Positions 54,895-64,000 of a stretch of 64,000 nucleotides of DNA are shown here, in pieces. The translations under genes were made by a program, and so were the position numbers. Within the stretch, counting starts at the first letter, position 1. The number at the start of each line of letters is the position of its first letter. The notes under the pieces are model-generated. The model was not told the origin of the DNA. It did no database searches and saw only the letters and a program-made list of their open reading frames with translations. The stretch is from the NCBI GenBank assembly GCA_964595465.1, contig CAZQQI010000007.1, positions 3,930-67,929 on the forward strand. The letters run 5' to 3'. The DNA is from an uncultured Planctomycetales bacterium (GTDB lineage: Bacteria > Omnitrophota > Gorgyraeia > Zapsychrales > JANLHA01).

Positions 54895-56238
54895 ATGTCA
54901 TTTTTTAAAAAGATCAAACAGACAGTATCCAAATTATTTCATAAAGAGGGGGAGCCCATGACAAAAGAGCAGAAAGGGGAGGTGCATCCGGAAACCCTGG
55001 CGGTTCATGCCGGCCAGAAAGCAGACCCCGCGACCGGCGCCTGTGCCGTGCCGATCTATCAGACCGCGTCGTATGAATTCCGTGATACCGATCATGCCGC
55101 GGATCTGTTCGCGCTCAAAGAGTTCGGGAATATCTACACCCGCATTATGAACCCCACCAGTGAGGCCTTGGAGAAACGCGTGGCCGCTCTGGAAGGCGGT
55201 GTAGCGGCCCTGGCAACCGCCAGCGGCATGGCTGCGGTCACCCTTTCGATCTTAACCATTGCCCGTGCCGGCGATGAGATCGTATCCTCTGCCGAATTAT
55301 ACGGGGGAACGCGGACATTGTTTCAGCATACCCTGAAACGGTTCGGCATCACCGTTCATTTTGTCGACACCAATGATCCGGCGGCTGTTAATGCCGCTTT
55401 GACCGATAAGACGCGGGCGGTATACGCAGAGACCGTGGGAAATCCCAAGCTCAGAGTTCTCAATATCAAGGCTGTCGCGGATGTCGCGCATAACCATGGC
55501 GTCCCGCTGATCATTGATAATACGGCGTCTCCGTTTTTGATCAAACCCCTGGACCACGGCGCTGATATTGTCGTCTATTCCGCGACCAAATACCTCGGCG
55601 GTCACGGGACCACGATCGGCGGACTGATCGTCGACTCCGGCCGTTTTAATTGGGATAATGGGAAATTCCCGGAACTGACCGAACCCGAGGAAAGTTATCA
55701 CGGGATCACTTTTCTCGAGACGTTCGGGAACCTGGCCTATCTCCTGCGCGCACGCACGACTTTGCTGCGCGACCTGGGGCCGGCCCTGTCCCCGTTCAAT
55801 GCCTTTCTGATCCTGCAGGGGATCGAGACCCTGCATGTGCGCATGCCCCGGCATACCGAAAATGCTTTACGTGTCGCGCAGTATCTTAGGGAACATCCAA
55901 AAGTCAGCTGGGTCAATTATCCCGGTCTTCCCGGTCATCCTGACGCTGAAAGAGCAAAGGAGTATTCTCCGCAGGGTATTTGCGCCTTGATCGGGTTTGG
56001 GGTGAAGGGAGGGCTGGCCTCCGGAAAGGCCTTTATTAATAATCTCAAGCTGATCAAGCATCTCGCTAATATTGGCGACGTCAAGACACTGGCGATCCAT
56101 CCCGCGAGTACAACGCATCAGCAGCTGTCCGCGGAAGAACAGCAGGCGGCCGGTGTGACCGATGACTTTGTCCGCCTTTCGATCGGGATCGAACACGCGG
56201 ATGATATTATCGCGGATATTCAGCAGGCCCTGGAGTAG
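54895..56238 (+). CDS. metY: O-acetylhomoserine aminocarboxypropyltransferase/sulfhydrylase
   Basis: [30 protein letters not shown] (PLP Lys), [18 protein letters not shown]. Confidence 0.9.
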   Translation: MSFFKKIKQTVSKLFHKEGEPMTKEQKGEVHPETLAVHAGQKADPATGACAVPIYQTASYEFRDTDHAADLFALKEFGNIYTRIMNPTSEALEKRVAALEGGVAALATASGMAAVTLSILTIARAGDEIVSSAELYGGTRTLFQHTLKRFGITVHFVDTNDPAAVNAALTDKTRAVYAETVGNPKLRVLNIKAVADVAHNHGVPLIIDNTASPFLIKPLDHGADIVVYSATKYLGGHGTTIGGLIVDSGRFNWDNGKFPELTEPEESYHGITFLETFGNLAYLLRARTTLLRDLGPALSPFNAFLILQGIETLHVRMPRHTENALRVAQYLREHPKVSWVNYPGLPGHPDAERAKEYSPQGICALIGFGVKGGLASGKAFINNLKLIKHLANIGDVKTLAIHPASTTHQQLSAEEQQAAGVTDDFVRLSIGIEHADDIIADIQQALE

Positions 56239-56288
56239 ATTTTACCGTGTGTGTTCTCTTAAAAAAGAGTGTGTCCAAAAAAGGCCTA

Positions 56289-59200
56289 ATGTTCGCTTCG
56301 AAAAAAAACATTTTATGCGCTGTTCTGTTTGCGGCCTCGTTTTTTTGCGCCACCCCTGCGCCGGCTCAGTCCGCGGACGGGCCGGAATCGTTATATGAGA
56401 TCGGTGTTCTGGCGGATTACAGTCGTGATGATGTTATCCGGCACTGGGTCCCTACCGCGCGGTATCTTTCCGATTATATCCAGCACGCCGATTTTACCAT
56501 AGTCCCTTTAAATTATAGTCAGATCTACGGAGCGGTTTCAAAAGGGCAGGTGGATTTTGTCATTGCCAATCCTGGAATTTTAGTGGAGGCCATGTATTTG
56601 TATAAGGTCCGCTGTATGGCTTCTTTGTCCAGGGAATATAACGGGTGGGAATTCACTCATTATGGCTCGGTGCTTTTTACCGCCCAAGACAGCGGGATCA
56701 AGACACTAGGGGACTTGAAAGGCGCCCGGTTTGCCGCCCCGGCTCCGGATTCTTTCGGCGGCTGGATCCTCGCGGCCAGAGAAATGCAGTATGCCGGACT
56801 TAATGTCCAGTCAGATCTGAGTGAGATCATTTTTGTCGGATCTCATGATCATGTCGTTGACGCAGTGCTGGAAGGAAAAGCTGATGCCGGCGCGGTACAC
56901 AGCGGTGTTCTGGAACATCTTTCCTTATGGGCAGAAGTTGACCTTGGCCGGCTCCGTATTCTTAAAGGCCGTTTGACCATGAACAGGAGTCTGGAAGGAC
57001 TGCCGTTCCATACCAGTACTCCGCTTTTTCCGGAATGGTCGATCGCTAAATTGCCGCATGTTTCGGAAGATCTTGCCGGTTTGGTGACCGAAGGACTGTT
57101 CCGCTTGTCCCAACTGAATCCTGATGCCGCTCAGCAGGGAGGGTATAAACGCTGGATCGTGCCGCTGAATTATACATCAGTCAGACAGGCTTTAAGTGAT
57201 GTGCAGGGGAGTCAGCAGGGGGCGGCATACCGTTTGCTCTTTTTGGACTTTTTGAGGGATTATTGGTATGTGTTCTTTCTGGTATTTCTCATCTTTTTCT
57301 ATCTTATGTTCACCATCCTTCACCGCGCAGGTTTGTCCCGGGCGCTTCGCCGGTCCAAGCTGGCTTTGGAAAAAGAACTGCTTCAGCATAAACAGGCGGA
57401 AGAATCGCTGCGGGAATCTCAGAAAATGCTCACTCTGGTCATGGATTCCATACCGGTACGGGTGTTCTGGAAAGACCGCAACCTGACCTATCTGGGTTGC
57501 AATCAGGTTTTTGCCGAGGATGCCGGGCTGTTATCTTCGGAATCGATCGTTGGAAAAACAGATTATGAGCTCAGCTGGACCCGGGACCAGGCCGACAGCT
57601 TCCGGGAATATGATCAGCGCGTGATCGGGACCGGCCGGCCGATATACAATATCATTGAATCTCAGCAGCATGCCGATGGTAATCTTTATTGGCTGAAGAC
57701 CAATAAAGTGCCGATGCGCGACAGCTACGGCAACGTGATCGGTATGTTGGGAACGTATGAAGATATTACCGAATCCCGCCGTGCTGAGGAGGCGTTGCGG
57801 ACCAGTGAGGCGAAATACCGGGATCTGGTCGAAAACGCCAATAGTATTATTATCCGGCTGAACGCCCGGGGAGACATCCTGTTCTTTAATGAGTTCGCTG
57901 AAAAGTATTTCGGCTATTCAGAAGATGAAGTGGTCGGAAAAAATTTAAAAGAGACCATATTGCCGTCTGATATTGTTCCTCCGGAATGGGTCGACAATGC
58001 GCTGAACAAGATCCTTATGGATTCTGACGAATGGCGTTTTGCGGAAAATCAGAATGCCAAGAAGAATGGCGAGATTGTCTGGGTGGCCTGGACAAACCGC
58101 GCGGTTGTGAACGAGCAGGGGGAAAAGGAGATCCTGGCCGTCGGTACAGACATTACCCAGCGGCGCCATATGGAAGAAGAACTGCGTAAACTGTTTACCG
58201 CGGTGGAGCAGAGTCAGAATGTTATTCTGATCACAGATCCCCGCGGAGATATTGAATATGTGAATCCGAAATTCACCGAGCTGACCGGGTATCAGGAAGA
58301 GGAGGTTTTGGGAAAGAACCCCAGGCTGCTTAAATCCGGTGAATCCCCTCCTGAGGTTTATAAGGTTTTGTGGCAGACCATCCGCGATGGCGAGACCTGG
58401 CGGGGCGAATTTCATAATCGCAGAAAAGACGGTTCGCTCTATTGGGAACGGGCTGCAATCTCCCCGGTTAAAAACGACCAGGGTGAGACGGTGTATTATA
58501 TCGCGATCAAAGAAGACATCACTGAACAGAAGAAACTGTCTCAGGAGCTCCAGAAGGCCTTCGGCCGCCTGAAGGAGATGGAGAGGATCATCAATTTAAG
58601 TAACGCTATGGTCTTTCTCTGGGATCCCCAGGATGAATGGCCTGTCCGCTTTGTTTCGGATAATGTGCGCGTCCTGGGCTATGAACCCCGGGAGTTTTAC
58701 GAAAACCAACTGCATTTTCAGCATCTTATTTATGAAGAAGATGTGGCTATGGTCAAGGCAGAGGTTGAGCGCAATATTAAAGCTCGCAAAGATGAATTTT
58801 CTCAGCAATACCGGCTGCAGACCCGTGATGGACGTGTTCGCTGGTTTGAGGTCTACACTTGGGTGACCTATTGGAAGGCCGGACAGCCGTCGCAGTATCA
58901 GGGCGTGGCCTTTGATATCACTGAACGCAAACTTGCCGAAGAGCGCATGTTTGAAGCCATTAATATGAAGGCGGAATTCATCTCGATCGTGTCGCATGAA
59001 TTGCGGACGCCTCTGACTGCGATCAAGGAGAGTATTAATATTGTTATCGAAGATGAGGATAGCGGGATCAATGATTCTCAGAAGCATTTTTTGAGTATTG
59101 CCAAGAGAAATGTTGACCGTCTCGGCGTTCTGATCAATGACGTGCTGGATTATCAGAAGCTGGACGCCGGCCAGCTCAAATTTCAGTGGCAGGAAGGGGA

Positions 59201-59648
59201 TATCCGCACGGCGATCGATGAGGTCGTTCAGACCATGGGTGTGGTCGCAAAAAATAAAGGACTCAGTTTAAAAAAGAAAGTGCCGGAAAATATCCCTTCA
59301 GTTTATTTCGATCAATATCGGATTATACAGGTTTTGAATAACCTGGTGAACAACGCAATTAAATTTACTGAGAAGGGGGAGGTTGTCATCAGCGCTTCTG
59401 TTATGAAGGATTGTGTTGAGATCTCTGTGCGGGACACTGGGATCGGGATCAAGGCCGAGGATATGCATAAGCTGTTTCAGACCTTCAGCCAGATCCAGCA
59501 GGGGATCGCCCGTAAGCCCGGTGACAGCGGACTGGGTCTGGCGATCTCTAAAAAAATTATTAATGGACACGGCGGTGAGATTTGGGTAGAATCAGAACCC
59601 GGAGAAGGAAGCGCGTTCTTTTTTACACTTCCATTGACCCGGAGTTAG
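56289..59648 (+). CDS. Sensor histidine kinase: PhnD-like periplasmic binding domain, TM, 4 PAS, HisKA/HATPase
   Basis: Signal peptide; DSFGG, SHDHVVDAVLEGKADAG; four PAS/PAC units ending DITE/DITQ; VSHELRTPL, NNAIKFT, GLGLAISK. ORF track start is 56247. Confidence 0.88.
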   Translation: MFASKKNILCAVLFAASFFCATPAPAQSADGPESLYEIGVLADYSRDDVIRHWVPTARYLSDYIQHADFTIVPLNYSQIYGAVSKGQVDFVIANPGILVEAMYLYKVRCMASLSREYNGWEFTHYGSVLFTAQDSGIKTLGDLKGARFAAPAPDSFGGWILAAREMQYAGLNVQSDLSEIIFVGSHDHVVDAVLEGKADAGAVHSGVLEHLSLWAEVDLGRLRILKGRLTMNRSLEGLPFHTSTPLFPEWSIAKLPHVSEDLAGLVTEGLFRLSQLNPDAAQQGGYKRWIVPLNYTSVRQALSDVQGSQQGAAYRLLFLDFLRDYWYVFFLVFLIFFYLMFTILHRAGLSRALRRSKLALEKELLQHKQAEESLRESQKMLTLVMDSIPVRVFWKDRNLTYLGCNQVFAEDAGLLSSESIVGKTDYELSWTRDQADSFREYDQRVIGTGRPIYNIIESQQHADGNLYWLKTNKVPMRDSYGNVIGMLGTYEDITESRRAEEALRTSEAKYRDLVENANSIIIRLNARGDILFFNEFAEKYFGYSEDEVVGKNLKETILPSDIVPPEWVDNALNKILMDSDEWRFAENQNAKKNGEIVWVAWTNRAVVNEQGEKEILAVGTDITQRRHMEEELRKLFTAVEQSQNVILITDPRGDIEYVNPKFTELTGYQEEEVLGKNPRLLKSGESPPEVYKVLWQTIRDGETWRGEFHNRRKDGSLYWERAAISPVKNDQGETVYYIAIKEDITEQKKLSQELQKAFGRLKEMERIINLSNAMVFLWDPQDEWPVRFVSDNVRVLGYEPREFYENQLHFQHLIYEEDVAMVKAEVERNIKARKDEFSQQYRLQTRDGRVRWFEVYTWVTYWKAGQPSQYQGVAFDITERKLAEERMFEAINMKAEFISIVSHELRTPLTAIKESINIVIEDEDSGINDSQKHFLSIAKRNVDRLGVLINDVLDYQKLDAGQLKFQWQEGDIRTAIDEVVQTMGVVAKNKGLSLKKKVPENIPSVYFDQYRIIQVLNNLVNNAIKFTEKGEVVISASVMKDCVEISVRDTGIGIKAEDMHKLFQTFSQIQQGIARKPGDSGLGLAISKKIINGHGGEIWVESEPGEGSAFFFTLPLTRS

Positions 59649-59692
59649 CTTTTTATAAAGCGTGGCAAATGACCGTGTTTTAAGGGGGGCGT

Positions 59693-60055
59693 ATGGCTTA
59701 TAAAATTTTATTGGTGGACGACGAGCCTGATATCGTGCAGATCATATCTTTTCGGCTGGAAAAGGCCGGTTACGATGTTGACATTGCTGTGGACGGGGCC
59801 GGGGCGATGAAAGCGTATGAAAAAGGGTGCCCTGATCTGATTCTGCTGGATGTTATGCTGCCGGATATGGAAGGCTTTGATGTCTGTGCAAAGATCAAGG
59901 CCGCTGATCCCCAGCAGAAGATCATTATTTATACGGCCAAGGTCGACGGCGTTGATGCTGCTAAAGCCAGAAACTGCGGTGCCGATGAATTTACGGTCAA
60001 GACAACAGATTTGAAATTTATCCTCGAGGCGATTCAGAATTTGCTGTCAGCTTGA
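59693..60055 (+). CDS. Single-domain response regulator
   Basis: LLVDDE, LLDVMLP, YTAK, GADEF..K. Confidence 0.88.
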   Translation: MAYKILLVDDEPDIVQIISFRLEKAGYDVDIAVDGAGAMKAYEKGCPDLILLDVMLPDMEGFDVCAKIKAADPQQKIIIYTAKVDGVDAAKARNCGADEFTVKTTDLKFILEAIQNLLSA

Positions 60056-60102
60056 TATTTCCGTTCCTTCATTGTTTTATTCTGCACACGACCCCCGAAA
60101 AA

Positions 60103-60149
60103 ACACAATATGTAAGTATAATTACGTATTGACACACAATATCTAGTGT
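60103..60149 (+). promoter_or_regulatory. Tandem NrdR boxes overlapping the nrdD promoter
   Basis: ACACAATATGTAAGTA (60103) and ACACAATATCTAGTGT (60134), 31 bp apart; TTGACA(60129)-N16-TAAGAT. Confidence 0.85.
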
Positions 60150-60215
60150 GTAAGATAGTGTTAGTCATAAGATCTCGTATTTCCCCTGAAGATGCTTTAA
60201 CCAAAGGAGGACGCT

Positions 60216-62324
60216 GTGGGTCCAACCGCAACCATCAGCAAAATCACCAAGCGCAATGGCGCCGCCGAAGAATTTGATCCCCAAAAGATTATCAATGCCA
60301 TTTTGAAAGCCGGCTCAGCGACCGGCGAGTTCGGAGACGTTGTCGCCCGTAATCTGACCATGCGGGCTATTAATATTGCCCAGCAGCTGTCGGCCAGCCG
60401 GTCTCTTTCCGTCGAAGATGTCCAGGATATTGTTGAAGAAGTCCTGCTGACGTCACCCTACCGCAAGACCGCTAAGGCTTACATTATATACCGTGACCAG
60501 CATGCCAAGATCCGTGAGATTACGTCTCGCAGCCAGGTGGGCCTGGTCGACCAGTATTTAGAGCGTCTCGACTGGAAGGTCAATGAGAACAGCAATATGT
60601 CTTATTCCCTTCAGGGGCTGAACAATTATATTTCGACGGAAGTCACCAAGATCTATTGGCTGAATAAGATATACCCGCCGGAGATCCGCGAAGCGCATAT
60701 GAACGGTGATCTTCATGTTCATGATCTGGGCCTGCTGAGTGTCTATTGTGTCGGCTGGGATCTGCAGGACCTTTTGCGTCAAGGGTTTCATGGAGCATCA
60801 GGAAAGATGGAGTCCTGTCCGGCCAGGCATTTCCGGACAGCCCTCGGACAAATTGTCAATTTCTTTTATACTCTGCAGGGAGAGGCGGCCGGAGCCCAGG
60901 CGTTCTCCAATTTCGACACCTTGCTGGCTCCGTTCATCCGGTACGACAGCCTGAGTGAGAAAGAAGTCAAACAGGCTCTGCAGGAGTTTGTCTTTAATGT
61001 TAATGTACCGACGCGGGTCGGTTTTCAGACACCGTTCACCAACCTCACGCTGGACCTGAACTGCCCATCGCATCTCAAAGATCAGGCTGTCATCTATAAA
61101 GGGGAACTGCAGAATGAGACGTATAAGGAATTTCAGCATGAGATGGATGTTCTGAACAAGGCCTTCCTTGAGGTTATGCTGGAAGGCGACGCCAAGGGCC
61201 GGGTCTTTACTTTTCCGATACCGACGTACAATATTACAGAGGATTTTGACTGGGATAATCAGAATATAGATCTGCTCTGGAAAATGACCGCCAAGTATGG
61301 GATCCCGTATTTCGCGAATTTTGTTAATTCGGAAATGAGCCCGGACGATGCCCGCAGTATGTGCTGCCGCCTGCGTCTGGACAATCGTGAACTGCGTAAG
61401 CGGGGAGGGGGCCTGTTCGGCGCCTCACCTCAGACCGGGTCTGCCGGCGTGGTGACGATCAACCTGCCGCGGCTGGGCTATCTGGCCAAGAACGCGGAAG
61501 ATTTCTATGCCCGCCTGGACCATTTAATGCTGCTGGCCCGGGAAAGCCTGGAGATCAAGCGCAAGGTTCTGGAAGACTTTACCGCTTCCGGTCTTTATCC
61601 GTATTCCCGGTTTTATCTGCGTGATGTGAAAAAGCGTAATGATCAGTACTGGATGAACCATTTTTCCACTATTGGTCTGGTCGGCATGAATGAAGCCTGT
61701 CTGAATATCTTTGGCGAGGACATCGCCTCGGAAAAAGGGCAGAAGTTTGCCGGTGAGGTGCTGGATTTCATGCGCGACCGCCTGGTCGCCTTCCAGGAGG
61801 AGACCGGAAATAATTATAATCTGGAAGCGACTCCGGCTGAAGGCGTGTCTTACAGAATGGCCCGTGTGGACAAGGACACCTATCAGGACATTGTCTGCGC
61901 CAACGAAGCGGATTATCAGGAAGGGAAGGATCCCTACTATACGAATTCGACCCATCTTCCGGTCAATTATTCTGATGATATCTTTGAGGTTCTGGATATC
62001 CAGGATAACCTGCAGATCAAGTATACCGGCGGGACGGTTCTGCATATCTTTGTCGGTGAACAGATCATGGATACTGAGGCACTCAAGCAGTTCATCCGTA
62101 CGGTGTGTCAGAAGTATCGTATGCCGTATTTCACCATCAGTCCGACCTTCAGTGTCTGTCCCAGCTGCGGCTATGTTGCCGGTGAGCACAGCCTTTGTCC
62201 TAAATGTGAAGATGAATGCGAAGTCTATTCCCGTGTGGTCGGGTATCTGCGCCCGGTCAAACAGTGGAATAAAGGCAAACAGGTGGAATTTCAGCAACGC
62301 AAGACGTTTAAAGTATGCGCATAG
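60216..62324 (+). CDS. nrdD: Anaerobic (class III) ribonucleoside-triphosphate reductase with ATP cone
   Basis: ITKRNG ATP cone, ENSN, SMCCRL, EATPAE, YTGGT, CxxC...CxxC, YSRVVGY glycyl-radical loop. Confidence 0.95.
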   Translation: MGPTATISKITKRNGAAEEFDPQKIINAILKAGSATGEFGDVVARNLTMRAINIAQQLSASRSLSVEDVQDIVEEVLLTSPYRKTAKAYIIYRDQHAKIREITSRSQVGLVDQYLERLDWKVNENSNMSYSLQGLNNYISTEVTKIYWLNKIYPPEIREAHMNGDLHVHDLGLLSVYCVGWDLQDLLRQGFHGASGKMESCPARHFRTALGQIVNFFYTLQGEAAGAQAFSNFDTLLAPFIRYDSLSEKEVKQALQEFVFNVNVPTRVGFQTPFTNLTLDLNCPSHLKDQAVIYKGELQNETYKEFQHEMDVLNKAFLEVMLEGDAKGRVFTFPIPTYNITEDFDWDNQNIDLLWKMTAKYGIPYFANFVNSEMSPDDARSMCCRLRLDNRELRKRGGGLFGASPQTGSAGVVTINLPRLGYLAKNAEDFYARLDHLMLLARESLEIKRKVLEDFTASGLYPYSRFYLRDVKKRNDQYWMNHFSTIGLVGMNEACLNIFGEDIASEKGQKFAGEVLDFMRDRLVAFQEETGNNYNLEATPAEGVSYRMARVDKDTYQDIVCANEADYQEGKDPYYTNSTHLPVNYSDDIFEVLDIQDNLQIKYTGGTVLHIFVGEQIMDTEALKQFIRTVCQKYRMPYFTISPTFSVCPSCGYVAGEHSLCPKCEDECEVYSRVVGYLRPVKQWNKGKQVEFQQRKTFKVCA

Positions 62325-63004
62325 GCGGACTGCAGAAAATCTCACTTATCGATTATCCCGGGAATGTTGCGGCCGTGGTCTTTACCCAGGGCTGCAACTT
62401 CCGGTGTCCTTACTGCCATAATGTCAATTTGGTATCCCCGGCATGTTTTGCTGATCCTATCTCAGAATACGATGTTTTGGATTTTCTCTCCACGAGAGTG
62501 GAAAAACTCAAGGGCGTTGTGGTGACAGGAGGCGAACCAACCCTTCAGCCGGATTTGCCGGAGTTTTTACAAAAGATACGCACGCTTGGGTTTTTGGTCA
62601 AGCTGGATACCAACGGCAGCCGCCCCGCTGTTCTGCGCTGGCTGATAGATGAAGGTTTGGTGGATTTTATCGCCATGGACATTAAGGCTCCGCTGGAACG
62701 TTATGACGAGGTTGCCGGTGTGCGTGTGAAGACAGACTATATCCGCCAATCCATTGATCTGATCAAGGGTTCCGGTATTTCTTATCAGTTCCGCACAACA
62801 GTTGTCAAATCACTATTGAGTGAAACAGATATCGGTCAGATTGCAGATATGCTGGGAGATATTGAGTACTATCGTCTGCAGAATTTTGCCGGTCAGGATG
62901 TTCTTTTGGATAACAGTCTTCTTGATCAGGCTCATTTTACTGAAGAAGAACTTTCCCGTCTCAGGGCACGCTGGGAGCGTCATCCCCAATCGGTGTGCTC
63001 TTAA
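62315..63004 (+). CDS. nrdG: Anaerobic RNR activating radical-SAM enzyme
   Basis: SLIDYPG, GCNFRCPYCHN, TGGEP, KLDTNG, MDIK. Confidence 0.92.
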   Translation: MRIGGLQKISLIDYPGNVAAVVFTQGCNFRCPYCHNVNLVSPACFADPISEYDVLDFLSTRVEKLKGVVVTGGEPTLQPDLPEFLQKIRTLGFLVKLDTNGSRPAVLRWLIDEGLVDFIAMDIKAPLERYDEVAGVRVKTDYIRQSIDLIKGSGISYQFRTTVVKSLLSETDIGQIADMLGDIEYYRLQNFAGQDVLLDNSLLDQAHFTEEELSRLRARWERHPQSVCS

Positions 63005-63513
63005 TCTTTCTTTTCTTCTGAATCATCATCCTGGTTTTCCGCCTTTTCTCCGGAAGCGGAATGGTCCGGGGTACGGTAGGAGAGTTTTTTGATCTGGTCA
63101 AGGAAGCGGTCTGTGTCGAGGGGTTTGGGGTGGAAGGCATCGGCACCCGCGGCCAGAAAGGAATCTTCGGTATTGCGGCGGGCGGAAAGGACGAGGATCG
63201 GGATCTCCTTGGTCTCGTCATTCTTTTTCAGTTCTTTAAAGAAGCTGAAACCGTCCATTTCAGGCATCAGGAAATCTGTGACAATAATATGCGGCATGGT
63301 ATCGGGTTTCAGTGAGTCCCAGCCTTCCTGTCCGTTTTGAGCGGTCAGCACCTCGAACCCGGTGGAAGTCAATATTTTGGATACCAATTCTGCGCTGGTC
63401 GGGTCATCTTCAACCAGCAGAACACGTTTTCCCTCGCCGAAGGGAGGGAGGCTGTTTTCCGGTTTAGCTGCAGGTTCTTGAGAAGCTGTCTGCTCTGTGC
63501 TGGATTCATTCAT
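63001..63513 (-). CDS. Single-domain response regulator with disordered tails
   Basis: LLVEDD, VTDFLMPEMDG, LSAR, HPKP. Confidence 0.85.
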   Translation of the reverse strand: MNESSTEQTASQEPAAKPENSLPPFGEGKRVLLVEDDPTSAELVSKILTSTGFEVLTAQNGQEGWDSLKPDTMPHIIVTDFLMPEMDGFSFFKELKKNDETKEIPILVLSARRNTEDSFLAAGADAFHPKPLDTDRFLDQIKKLSYRTPDHSASGEKAENQDDDSEEKKD

Positions 63514-63688
63514 AAAGGCATTCTCTTATAATTTGCGGATAAAGTCAATATCAGGAGGCTAGTATTTTTCTCCCGCAGAAATTTTTGCGATAATTGGGAA
63601 TTCCGCCTTTTCTTTTTTTGTTCTCTGGTATATAATGGAACAAATTTTCGTTATACATCCTGTTACAAATTCCACTGTGAAATATTAA

Positions 63689-64000
<312 letters not shown>

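Overview
A 64 kb, mostly + strand bacterial chromosomal window from a probable anaerobe (class III RNR, PFOR, ADP-forming acyl-CoA synthetase). I infer a lineage like Ca. Omnitrophota (OP3), from my recollection of its large-protein architecture and many pilins; this is unverified. In order, it contains: the tail of a GAK (ATP-grasp/amphi-Trp/kinase) operon; a GH94 phosphorylase; a rubrerythrin-VIT1 fusion; a candidate structured RNA before a DUF523 gene; a YfhO-type GT-C; a PRK-like kinase fused to a degenerate DapA barrel; a full pho/pst locus with 11-bp-period boxes; a type IV pilus cluster (fused PilMN, 753-aa adhesin-like pilin); a glycogen-type trio (XRE-CBM48 fusion, H1-like-DUF4912, GH57); a FeeM-like acyltransferase; and a 1673-aa secreted protein. 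Housekeeping and signalling genes follow (HIT, acd, purU, U32, Pif1, metY, PhnD-PAS kinase, nrdDG with NrdR boxes, partial PFOR). The best novel-system candidate is the 1673-aa protein. It has a signal peptide, yet carries normally cytoplasmic cargo (a plant/protist-type UDP-sugar pyrophosphorylase and an NDP kinase) separated by recurring D-x-A-x-L linkers, suggesting a modular cargo-delivery polyprotein. I recognised no tRNA, rRNA, CRISPR array or transposase. All calls come from motif recognition by eye; no searches were run.
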